DNA of 64,000 nucleotides from Sphagnum compactum (Eukaryota): contig OZ234494.1 in NCBI GenBank assembly GCA_965153455.1, forward strand, positions 5,456,001 through 5,520,000. The letters are read 5' to 3'. This document shows, one piece after another, positions 13,569 through 25,500 of this stretch (positions are counted from its first letter, which is position 1; each line of letters opens with the position of its first letter). The position numbers and the translations under genes were made by a program. The notes under the pieces were generated by a model that had not been told where the DNA came from, searched no databases, and saw only the letters and a program-made list of their open reading frames with translations.

Positions 13569-14284
13569 CAGTGTTAGGCGGGTATCAAAACTTATACACC
13601 AGGTCAGGGTATCAATATTTTTATTAAAAAAGTTTAGTAGGTTCTCATGATGTTGATTCTAATAATTTAAGAACAGCCAATTATCGTTTGGTGGTTCTCA
13701 CTCACTAGTTATTATTTTTTACAAATAGAAACCAAAATTACAAACAAATTATTGATTTTATTTTTATTTTTAAAAAATTTTAAATCATCTTTATCAGTAA
13801 AGTAATGAAAACACAGCACCCGAACCCAGAGTTTGGTTATACATGAGGTGAGATTCTTAAAAAACTTGCAAAGATTAGCATTAAGGGGGGTTTGAAACTC
13901 ACTAAACTGAGTTTCATCCTATCTTTCATTTTTCTTGAGCGCCTCCACTGCTGCTACATGTATTTTCACTGCTCCTACCAGTACAACTACTATAATTAGT
14001 TTGAACCTTGTGCATTAAATGCACAACCTTGTTTAATGATTGTGCATTAAACCTTGTACGCTTTATCCTGAGAACCTGACCCGGGTAGAAAGTTTTTTCT
14101 CACCCGGGTCTCAGTATTTAATTTTTTCAGAATCCGGTTCTCAAATTCTCATGCAAGTGAGAACCAGTGATCAAGCGTTCAGTGACCATATCACAGAAAG
14201 CAATACCTTAAAGGTTTCAAATAAAGATAAACAGATGATAACCGAGTGATATTCAAAAGCATTTTTGATACCCACTCAACATTG
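13569..14284. mobile_element. hAT-type non-autonomous element
   Basis: TIR CAGTGTTAGGCGGGTATCAAAA / TTTTGATACCCACTCAACATTG; perfect 8-bp TSD TTTAACAC. Confidence 0.85.
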
Positions 14285-16252
14285 TTTAACACTTGCCCTC
14301 ACCTCATAATCAGTGATTTTAAATCATTTTTGTAACCAAACCCAACCTTGGTAGAATAACAATGCAAGGTGTTTTTCAAAAACTTGGATCGATAACCTTT
14401 TCATCCCTAAAAATATCACTATTGTGTTACTCAATAGTTGGATTGTAATTTTCTTTTAGCTTCAATGACAACTATGACAATCACCTTTTTAAAGTTTTGT
14501 TTTGCACTCTGCCTTCAAAATTTGTAATTGTATTATCTTTAAATTGCAAAGAAAAAAACTCTTTCTTGTTAGCTAAAAAGACTTAAGATTATTTGTCAAA
14601 GCCTAAAAGACCTGACTTTGTAGGACATTGTGAAATTCTCAACATGTGTTTTGAAAGGGGTCTTTTAAAAACCTTGATACAAAAACCTGTTTGTACTCGT
14701 CTGAATTTTGGTTAAAGAATTGAGCTTTTTACCTAGTTAATCACATGTGCTAACCCTTGCCCACACCTCATAATTTATTTATTTTGAGTTTCTAAGACTT
14801 AGACCCAAATGATTTTTTTAATCTCCTAAAAATTAAAAAAACAGACCCAGGCAAGTCTTTGAATTTTGTATTTTCAAATACCCAAACCCAACTATTTTCT
14901 CAAAAAAGAAAACTCGTCCAATTCTTACTTATCAAAGAAACCTTGGATTCTAAGAGTTTTTTAATTTCAAAGAAGCTCTAGTCCACTTCAAAACATAAAT
15001 GAATAAATCTTTTTGTAAGAACCTTGAGTCTAGTCGTGGCTCTCCACATTCCGAGACTCTTGGTTCTTCAAAAACTAGTTATGTTTGCCCATACATGCTT
15101 GATAAAAGCTAAAAATCATGTATGCATGTCTACTATCTTAAGGTAAAAACAAAATTTTACAATATAAAAGCCAACAACAATGCAAGCAAATTAATCAATT
15201 AAAAATTAATTTCATTATGATTTTTGTTATCAAATCTTCATCAAAACCTTATTGAATTTTCTAAATAACATCAAATTAATTCAAAACATTTATCTCAAAA
15301 AATAATTTTATATTAAATTTTAATTTATTTTTATATTGACATGTTCTATTTTAATCAATTCTTGCATAATCTTTCAAATCAATTTTTTAAGAATCTCATT
15401 TGAGTAAGATTTAAAGGAATTTTGTGGTAATTATTTTTATGTTTATCAAACAAATTTCATTTAAAAGTTTTGTCACATGAAATTTACATTTCATAATGAT
15501 ATGAACCTCGTGATAGAAAAAGGCAAATGACAACCCAAACATTCATATTTTGAGAAGAAACCCAACAAGTAGATGACTAGACTACCAAACAACCCATCAA
15601 ATGGATGGGTGTGGATGTATGCATCCAAAATCTACACATGCTCATCCATTAGCTTGATATAATTTTGATATAAGAAGGAACAAATCCCCAATTGTTTTCC
15701 AAAATATAGTTGTATTTCAACCTGGTACTTTTAGGTCTTCTCTTATGTCACAATATCCTTTGGACTAATTTTATGTGCATGGAGAGTGGCAGCTGCAAAC
15801 GCAACCCTTTAGATCCTAATTAAGTTCACAAAATTATCAACTCCATGATGTTTTCAGAAAATTTTCCAGAAGAATTTCAAATGAATTTTTTTTTAATCAT
15901 TTTATTCAAAGAAATATTTATTTTTAATTTATTTCCTCAAAAAAAATCAAAAAATTCTTCAAAAGATTGCTCTGCACAAAGTTTATGTAAGCTGAGAACT
16001 CTATTATTCTTATACAAAACAATTGACTACACTTGAAAAAATGAGAAAGAAAGAATGTCCATAAATTAATTCCATGTGAATGAGAAGCTGCAGCACATAT
16101 TGGGATCTGCAAATCATAAGAGACCCCAGTGTGAAGCCTGGGTCCCAAAATTTGACAAACCCAATCTTCAAAATATCTAAAGATCATGATTCTGGTAAAT
16201 TCAAAAGGGTTACTTAGATTCATGATCTTGCAGGAAGGAAATGAATTCAGAC

Positions 16253-16539
16253 CCGCGTTTTTTTTACTGGCGAATTTCGCCAAATCCCTACCTGAAAAAT
16301 ATGATTTTGACCTATAGGAAGGATTTTCCATGAAAAAAATGGCTCAAATTCGCCAGATCTCGAAAAAAATTTCTACCAATCGCCAGATTTTTATTATTAG
16401 TTCCAGTAAGTAACCCAAAATATAGAAAGATTTTGATTTTTTCCTACTTCCATATTAGTACATGTGACCAAATTTGGCTAAATCACTTTGGAGATGAAGC
16501 CACCTTGGCTGCATCACAAAATTGGAAAAAGAAACCGTG
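16253..16539. mobile_element. Dispersed MITE-like repeat (related copies near 1030-1500, 57000-57230, 58640-58940, 61320-61460)
   Basis: Shared core CCAAATTTGGCTAAATC..., T-rich/A-rich termini, degenerate 8-bp flank ATTCAGAC/ATTCGGAT. Confidence 0.55.
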
Positions 16540-17099
16540 ATTCGGATTACACATAATATAAGATCTTGATTCTCTGTGTTTACATTTAAGTACTTTTTTC
16601 ACTGACTTAATTTACAGGGAAACACCAATCGAGATAATGAGCTGCAGCACTTGGGAATACTGTTCTTTATCATCCCTTCATGCGTGAAGGTAGAATTGTG
16701 GTTCACGTGTAATGAGGAAAAATGATTGGCAGCTTCAGGAGCGGACCAGAAAGAAAGAAAGTGGTCATTCTTCTACTCACTCAGGTTTTCTCCAATAATT
16801 TCATGCATCAAGACGTCTGTAACGTCATTTTTGAAATGGTCACATGGATGCAGGGTTTTTTTTTCCAATTTTCTGATAATTTCGTAAATTTGGCAAAGTT
16901 TTTCACAACATGTGTAAATTTAGTTTCAAATTTTTACAGCACAAAAAATATATATATCCAAAACTTCCCCCAGTTTTTGGTCAAAAACTCTTCAAAATTT
17001 GTCGGCAGAGGGGAAAAAAAAAAGGCACAAAATTTGTAAGCAGAAATTAATGCACTAAATAATTTGCAAAAATCGTCATCATTATGAGTGTGCACGGTT

Positions 17100-17900
17100 T
17101 GTGGAATCCGTACATTTGGTAGCCTTTCGTGGCAGGCGGCGACAAAAGGCGCAAGATGCCAGCTTGGCGATAACAGGTAAATACGACAATATTCCGTTCT
17201 GCCACGCAAGCAAGTGGGGAAATCAAGTGTCACATCTGTTCGTTACCGCGCGGCACAGACGCACGAACGGCGCACGAACGGCGGCGCACGGCTTTTGTAC
17301 GATGATGATACGACAACAATCGATTTCGGAAGTGTGACCGTACGTACTCAGACGCCAGGCAATCCAAAATTGTCACAATGGAGATCGATTGAGAGATTCG
17401 TGGATGCGCCTGATCTACCGACACCTGCAAAATTCGACCATCTGTATTAATACTAATAAGTATATCATTAATGTACTAGGATTAAATTGATTAATCGGCA
17501 CGTGCAATAATTAGAAGGGATGTACCTTTCAATTGATTAGCCAATTGAACACCCGCAACCAACAAACGACCGGGCAGACGCACAGTTGGATGTTGCATTG
17601 ACGGCGACAACAAGAGCTGTCGTCAAGCTTTGACTGATGTCACCGTCCGCCGTATGCATTTGTGCGTGCGGAGCTAGATTTGACTTGCTTCCGTTGGCGA
17701 CAAAAACGAGGACTAGCGTCGCCGCCACTGGCAGCTTTTGGGACTTTGCGTTGGCGACAAAAAGGGGCACTATGGAATCTATATAGCCTCATCTGCACCC
17801 GCACGTAATGAATGATTCCAACTGCCTACTTGGATTTTGCGTTGGCGACAAAAGAGTAGAGCAATAGCCGGGCATCCTCTGAACGATGTCAAATTCAAAT
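17100..17900. promoter_or_regulatory. CpG-rich island with repeated CGTTGGCGACAAAA motifs, G-box and CCAAT; homologue at ~130-850
   Basis: Much higher CpG density than the surroundings. Three exact 14-mers at 17692, 17749 and 17840; CACGTG at ~17499; CTATATATAG at ~17779. Confidence 0.5.
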
Positions 17901-19577
17901 TTATTTATTTTTAATTGACTCCAGGAAATGGGTGTTAATTATTTTTTAATACGAGTGCCTAATTTTATCATCATGATCTCGTACGTTGTAGAAAACAAAT
18001 TCTCTTGACACTGAGTGTTAGAATTAAGATTAATCAGAGGACATGCAAAAAGTTTGCTCATCAGACGGCTCAGTAACAGTATCAGAATGCTCAATATTCC
18101 ACGTCCAGTTGCAGCCTAACGTTCTCCTCTTGATGACAAAAAAATTTCAGTTCCAAAATATCACTCACTAGCTCTGCATATCTAGGATTGCATGTATGCC
18201 TTTTCAGATCACCTGTGCTACGTCCCCATAGATAATCAATTGGGTTTGAACCTTGAAATCAGAAGGTGGAATGTGATGATCTGTACAGCTGCACAGGTGA
18301 GTGAGAGCCATCACACAAGGCTGCAAATTCTCCTGCAAATTTCATCAGATTGATTGATTAGGGGACCTTAATCACGTGTGCACAGCAGCTGAGAAGCTCA
18401 TCATATCTGGAAAGTGCATGCACAGCAAAATGCACGTACAAACGCTTTCCACACGAGTTTCCAAGATAACTCCCAACAATTACTGCACACAAACTTCAAA
18501 AACGTCTTTGGACGTACTTGAAAGTTGAACTAGGAAGTTGAATCCATCAAATCGTGAATCCTATAACTTGTAACTACAGCTTCGAGTGCTGCAGGAGCTA
18601 GGAGTCATGGGTATTGTGATAAAATTGATGCCCCAGGTGGACGGACTTCTGCAAATCTAAACAATGCATGTAGTGGAACACAACTATAAGCATTTTATAT
18701 ATGTTCTTCTACACTCTACTAGTGTTGATGATGATAGCACAGTGCATTAGTGCCCTGGGGTTCAGAACATAAGAGACAGAGCCAGAGATGGTTCAGACCT
18801 GGTGGTTTTAATATTGTTCTGGATTGAAGTAGCTGCAGTTTCTTCATTACCCGGAAGAGAATTCAGAAATTTCAGATTCACGTGATGATACAGTTTCTCT
18901 AAGTTCTGAGCCTTTTGCAACCGTGACTGTGCAGTAAGCATCTCCATAATTAATTGCAGTCACTAGTAGAAAAGAGAATGGAATTGAGATCTGCATCTAG
19001 CTAGACCAGAATCATGACCAACGACAAGTTCAATATCACCATCATTTCACACGGCAAAATTCAAAAACTATAGAGTCGGGGATTTGCATTACACCTGCAG
19101 TTGTAAGTCATGTGCTTTCTTGAGTTTCTTCTGCACATACTGAAGATGAAGAAACTGGAAAGCTACTGTGGTGCGAGAGTCAAGATGAATCAGCTGCTGC
19201 TGGGAACTCTGATCACACACTTATTACAAATTCCTGAGCTGCAGACCCAAGTCAAAGTTTCTGTCCAGAGCAAATGTCAATCATCTTCTAGCTAGTAGCT
19301 AGCTAGATAAAGGTCTGATGAAACATTCACCTCTCAGCTGGTTAACTCTTCCCTAGCCCTTGGAGATCGTTCTGAAACCGACCCACAGCACTCCCAGGGA
19401 ACCTACTTATTGCAAATGTTTTTTCTGTGTTTTTCTTCAGATTTTCCAACCGGCATTAGTCATGACACGAATTCCTCAAGATATGGATCTTTCCAGAACC
19501 CACTTCCGGAAATCCATCATTGCAGCGAATGGGTACTTCTTCGCATCATGAACTATGGCATACACTTTGGGGTTGGA

Positions 19578-22500
19578 TCACGCATTCCCGTTGTTGCTGG
19601 GACCATCTCCATGTGGGCGCAGAGCTTCTCGATCTTGCAGCTGAATACACAGACCATAGACATGAATCATCAGCTCATGATCCCGAAACTTGAAAGACAT
19701 GAAGTGGAGAATCATGAATTGAAGCATGAGCATTCAGACCTGCAATATTGCATCAGCAATTCCAGCTTCAACAGCGCCATTTGCTCCTTGTGCAACGCCC
19801 AGAGTTTCCGCATCTGTCCACACCAAAACACATAGAAGATGTGAGCAAAAGAAGTTCCTGATCATCTGCACTCAGTTGCACAGCTGTGAATCTGACATGT
19901 TTAGCTGCTGGTGTATTACATAGAGAAGCTCATCATGGAACCACCCACAAGCTGAAGACATGATTGTCATCTGCAAGGGCCTCCTGCGCTAGGAGCTGCA
20001 GCTTGAACATACAATACAACCACTGGGGTTTGAAGGAAGAAATGTAGTTACCAATGGCAGTTTGCTGTGCAGTAGTGGGCAGCATACGCACAACACGAGT
20101 GTCAAGGATATCTTGAGCTACATGCACGTTGTTTTCAGCCATAGCCTTGTGGTAAACCGCACTGCACAAATCAATAAATCCAGAAATTGAAGCATCAAGA
20201 AGCTGCAGCATCTGGCTTAATACTACTAGGGTTTGAATCTGAGAGATTCAGATTCCACAGAAAATGCATGTGAGTTCACAACAAAGGTTCTCAAAGATTC
20301 TCATGAGGAAAATGATTGATGGGATCTTAGATTCGTATACCTGGCTGCTTCTTCTTCTGTGGCATACATGCCAGTGTACTGAACGTAGGGACTGCAAAAA
20401 AAGATGGAGATCAAGCTGAGACTTAGTCGTGACAGTACTCATTGGACTTTGCACAGCAGCAAGCTTGCAGCTTGCAGCATGCATTTGTGTGACCATGGAG
20501 ATCAGCATTTAATGATGATCAATAGTTCAGGGATGGAGTTGTTGGAATTATTCTTACCAATAGCCTCCAATTCCCCAACGATAACCCTTTTTGTAATGGG
20601 CTGCAAAGGTCCCATTTTCCATCTTTGTCACAAACGGGTATTTCAACACCGCACCAGCTGGTCCATCACTGTCTCGCTGCAGGAACTTCAGCATCTGGTT
20701 CTTGGTGAGATGCCTCAGCTGCAAAAAAACATTGTGCAAACCATTACCACGCAGAAACCTCAATCACAAAGCACCCATCTTCTTACAACCCCTAGAAAAC
20801 TCCAGACGCAGCATAACTTATGACATCTAGGGATCAATCGGAGAGAATGGTGGAGGATGGGTCTGACTTACCCTTGCAAGTCCAGCTTCGTACTGCTCGG
20901 CGGGTTTGAAATTGATTTTGTGCAGAAACTCTTGCACATTCAGCGCAAGAACTGCTCGATCAAAAGTCCTACAATGAATATCACCCAAGAATTCAGAAAT
21001 CACTCCAGACTTCAACTGCATTTTCAGTAATCATCAGGTGATGCTGCAACTTCCAGGTTTTGAACGAAGACCGTAGTCAAGCAGAAACAAGTACATAATA
21101 CATTCCAGCTTGAGCACATCAGGATGCATGCAGCAGCAACAGACCTATACTAAAAGAACCTGGACATTGCAAACATATAGAGCTCAGGGGTATACCTTGC
21201 AGCCTCTTCTTGAGTAGGGTATGAACCTATGTTCCAAGACAAAGCACAAAAGTCAACAGAGGATTTCACAGACAGTTAGACTTGCATTGTAGTGCAAGAA
21301 AATGTCCGGCCTCATGCATACTCAAATAGAACTCTCAATTGCAAAACATAGTTTTCTATGGCATTCTCAAACTGGAGTGAAGCAAGTCTTGAGCATGTAA
21401 GGGTGGATGGAGTATAAGAACAACTACCGAAATGCCGTTCAACTCCGCAATCCCTGCAACCACAAAACACACATGGGATTAGGTTTGGAATCATAATAGA
21501 ATCATGGTTACAGCTTCTCTACTGCATTATGAATGTCATGCAAGAAAACAAACTGTTCAGCAACACAGGATTGGAGAGTCTGTGGAGAGCTCACCAGAAA
21601 CGGGTTTCCCACCGACCAGTGTGCCGGTTGTAGACAACCCCTTGATATTGAGAGGTTACTGGCGGAAAACGTCGACGTCTCCTTGACTGCGATCTGCCGG
21701 CTTCGGCCGAATGTGCTCTGTTGATTGGGTTGATGACATTCCCAGCGACTCCTTGGGGGCATCGTCGTCGTCGTCTCCTTGCGTGTCTGCCGGTCGCGGG
21801 AGCTGCTCTGTTTGGGTGGTTGACATTAGTACCTGCAATGGCGACGGCTTCTGCAAGAACCGGCAGAACTGCTTCTTCCTCGTTCATGATCTCCTCCATG
21901 GGCGCATCGTCTAGGTCGTTATCCGGCAACTGCTGTTGCTGCTCCTCAGAGGCATTTTCAACAAGAGGCAACTGCACATCATGAGTACTCTGATCGACTC
22001 CATCACCTTTTTCTTCTTCTTGCACCGTGATGGTCAGGTGGAGCTGAAGTGCCAGAGTTTCATCAATATCGCCACCAGGTTTAGCTCTGTCAAGAACTTT
22101 TTCACAAGTTGCTGCTGCCATTGCAACTCGAGTTGGATGCACTTCAGGAGCGGGGACTAGATCGACATTGCCGGGGCTTGCAAGCTTGTACCTCGGAACG
22201 TGGAATCTCGACTTCTTGGAGGCAGGAGGATAGTGCTCCTTCTCATGTGGAGAGCTTGGCACCCAGTGCATGGGTACGCCCCATGCAAAACTCGGCAGCT
22301 CGTTGCTTCCAGGAAGATGCAGAAAAGTTCCATGAGGAGGAGGAGGAGGTAGTGCCGCCAATGCTTGGACAATATGAAGCCATCCGAGCTCCGCCGGCAG
22401 CTCTGGCCTCTCTACTGGGACCTCGCCCATGGGTGGCGGTGGCAGGGGGATGTAGATTTCTACCGGCGGAATTGCAAGAGTCCGAGCTGCTGCTGAGACC

Positions 22501-22598
22501 ACTGGAGGAGGAGGGTTCTGGTCCTCTGCGGCTTCTACCTGCACCTCCTCATCAGCGGCTGCTGCTAAAGGAAGCTTGTTCAGGTTGAAGTGAGCCAT
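19578..22598 (-). CDS. Divergent euAP2-lineage (APETALA2-like) double-AP2-domain transcription factor, 9 coding exons: 22598-21595, 21453-21428, 21226-21196, 20968-20872, 20718-20558, 20391-20341, 20161-20052, 19813-19740, 19640-19578 (1617 nt, 538 aa)
   Basis: All introns are GT..AG and phases join in frame. R1 reads SQYQGVVYNRHTGRWETRFW|DCGVERHFG|SYPTQEEAAR|TFDRAVLALNVQEFLHKINF, against recalled AP2 [57 protein letters not shown]. Exon sizes of 26 and 31 nt match euAP2 genes. Linker LRHLTKNQMLKFLQRDSDG resembles MTNLTKEEFVHVLRRQSTG. The last two exons are less certain but are conserved in frame in the paralogue. Confidence 0.88.
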
Positions 22599-25500
22599 CT
22601 TTTTTCTTGTTGGATAGGAACTTGACAACGATGAGATGAGCACGAAAATCCACGGATAAAACTAGTAGAGAAGGAAGCTGCAAATCGTTCAGAAGCGAAG
22701 TTGGATATCTATCTTGTGAAAACCCAAAGAAAGTACAAGCTCGAGAGAAACTTTGCAAAGCTATGAACGATCAGAAACTGATGCTCATGAAACCAAAAGA
22801 AAATTCTAGCTTGACAAACTTTGCAAAAATACTAAACCAAGAACGATCAGAAAGGAAGATTGGGAAACACAAGCAAAGGAGGTAAGTCTAGCGTCTAGAG
22901 TTGTAAGGAAAGAAATAAGATCTGCGAACAATAAACAAACAAAAGGAGTAAAGAGCGAAAGAGAGAGAGAGAGAGAGACAGAGGAAGCACAAGCAAAGGA
23001 GGCAAGAGCGAAAGACAAGGAGGGAAGGAAGAAAGATCGGCAAACAAACGAAGGAGTGAAGAGCGCGAGAGAGAGAGAGAGAGAAAAGGAAGTTAAGGAA
23101 GCACAATAGCAAGGAAACGAAGAACCCTGTGTTTCCTAAATAATTAGGTGATGAACAACATTTCCAAAATGTTCCCAATTTCTTTGTCCAAAAATGACAA
23201 AATTTGTCAAACCATAAAAGCACTGCTCATCAGCATTCTTTTTTTGGTTTTTTTTGTTTTTTTTGTATCCTGCTGATGTCAACAGGAAACATGGGATTTT
23301 ATTTTTTTGGTCAACTTTCTGAGGTTTTTTTTTTTTCTGAAAATTTTTCACCACATTTTGACTGAGTCTTTAATGAATTGGGGAATTTCGATCATCAATT
23401 TTTACTATTTTGGTTCTAAATCTTTTGTGAGATGTGCACTAGTAAGTGATGCTAGTAGTGTTTTTTATTTTCAAGTTTGTGATCCACAAGGAGATTTAAC
23501 CACATTTGGATATAAACCAACTATCAGACTTGTAGAAAATGTATTAAAAAAAATTTATATACTAGCTACTCAAGCTTGAACAATGTGTAGATTCAACATG
23601 GCAATTTTTTAGAATCTTTTTTTATTTCTGGATTTTTTTAAAAGAGAATATTCAACAAAACAAATTTGCCAAATGATGAAAAGTCTCACGAAAAAAAACA
23701 TTGGATGCTACACCATAAGTCTGAAATGAAAAAACATTTTTCATCAGAGTGTGTAATCAGCATAACCATTTTGGCAAATGGATTTATAACCACCAACTAA
23801 ATCTTTAAACCACAAAGTTAATCTTGAAACTTAAACCCTAATGTCAAAACCTAAATGACAAGGACTAGAATAAAAGATTTTTTATCTATGAAACTTCTAA
23901 TGCCATGAAAATAGGAAGCAAGGTCCATGGAAGTGAATAGAGTTGGATTATGATTGCATATATTTCTAACAATTTAGTATTGGAACAATTTCTTTGATTT
24001 TTAATTCTCAAACATTCTAATTATCATCAAGATCACATTTAAAAGGTTTGATTTCATACTAATCATATATCACTGTCCATCATAAACCAAAATTTCAAAA
24101 CTCACACAAGATCCTTTTTATGGATACTTTAATGTCGTCACTATAAGAATGAACCAATCTTGGGTGGGTAATTGTTTTACCTACGTATACCCATGAATAT
24201 ATTGTGGAAAATACATATTACCCTGCCCAGCTGGTAATTTTTTGTTACCCTTTTAATCAACCTATCCAACTCCTAAACGTTTCAAAATTGATTAAACCTT
24301 TTCTTTTTAGTATATATTTGAGGTTTAGCCCTAAATTCCAAGGGAGGGTAATTGTTTTGAAGTGGGTAAAAGGATGGTATATGCCAAAATCATTCTACAA
24401 CATATTGTATGCATTTCCATGTTTTGCAATGCATGTGACTATGATAGACCTCTAAAATTATGCTGAATAATGGTTGAACATGTTTTTTTTTTGACCTTTT
24501 ATTTATGTTTGTAACATTAATTACCATGAACAATTTTTTTTACCATATGCTCTTGAAATACCTTTAGATTTTATTGTGTGATTTTCCATCATAAGCATTC
24601 TTTTAATGTATTCTTGAGGCTATTGACTAGTTTGATGTTATTTTTTTAATTTTCTGTTATTATAAAATGTTTGAAATTTCAGAGGTCCCTGGTTGTCGAG
24701 GAAATTGCTAAAGTAATTGTCTTTCTCCACTTCAAAAATGTGCCAGAATTTTGTAAATAGTTTCATTTACCCTACATATTTTACACACTTATATCCACAT
24801 CAGATGTAAAGGGTAAATGATGAATATTTTTCCTTCCTCTGCCCTTGTGAAAAGGGTAAATGATCTTCATTTACTATTGACACTATCTGAAACAACAATT
24901 TTGCAAAGCTTAATACCCTCACCTTTACCCAGTTTGGAAAATTCAAGCCTACATGTGCCTTCATAAAGTTGATATTAAAAATTTTATATTTACCCTTACC
25001 TAGCTAATATACTAAAATATACCCACCCAAGACTAGAGCTAACCTTCTAAGTGAGTTTTAGAGTTGGATTGGGATTGGATAGATTTTTAATTAACAAACT
25101 AGCACTCTAACATTTATCTTCTTACAGTTTGTCTCAAAAAAAATTTGTTGTTTTCTTTTTAACTTTCTAAATTATGATCATGGTCACATTTAAAGGAGTT
25201 GGATTGTGAAGCAATCACATCCCACCCTCTCATCTAGACCTAAATCACAATGCTCACACAAGATTTTCTCTGGTGCCTATTTTAATTTTATCACTATGGC
25301 AATTAACATTGTAAGTGAAGTTTGATTAGATTAGAGTTGGATAGATTTCTAGGAAACCTGCACTCTTACATCTCTCTTTTCTTATATTTCTTGGTTGTTC
25401 TTCTTGAGAAACTTTTGTAATGGTTAACAATAGACTTTTTTCATGGGGACCATTTTGACCTAGTTTGCAACTTGGTGAGTATTAGCATTAGTAAAACAAT

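Noticed and set aside
18762-18870. GNEETAATS...EPSLALSL, reminiscent of the euAP2 post-R2 LDLSL motif
   Set aside because: It is downstream of the predicted stop, has no AG acceptor at the expected place, and the frame is not kept in copy A.
19933-20010. Possible extra small exon between predicted exons 7 and 8
   Set aside because: Candidate acceptors give a stop or inconsistent phases between the two paralogues; it cannot be supported without RNA data.
21591-22643. 350-aa single-exon ORF as a complete gene
   Set aside because: The stop is inside the intron donor (TG|GTGAG). The true start is probably ATG 22598 and the frame continues through eight more exons.
22878-22888. Perfect plus-strand donor GAG|GTAAGT in both copies (also ~4962), hinting at an antisense spliced RNA
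   Set aside because: It is part of a short local duplication in the purine-rich leader, there is no supporting exon structure, and conservation follows from the duplication.
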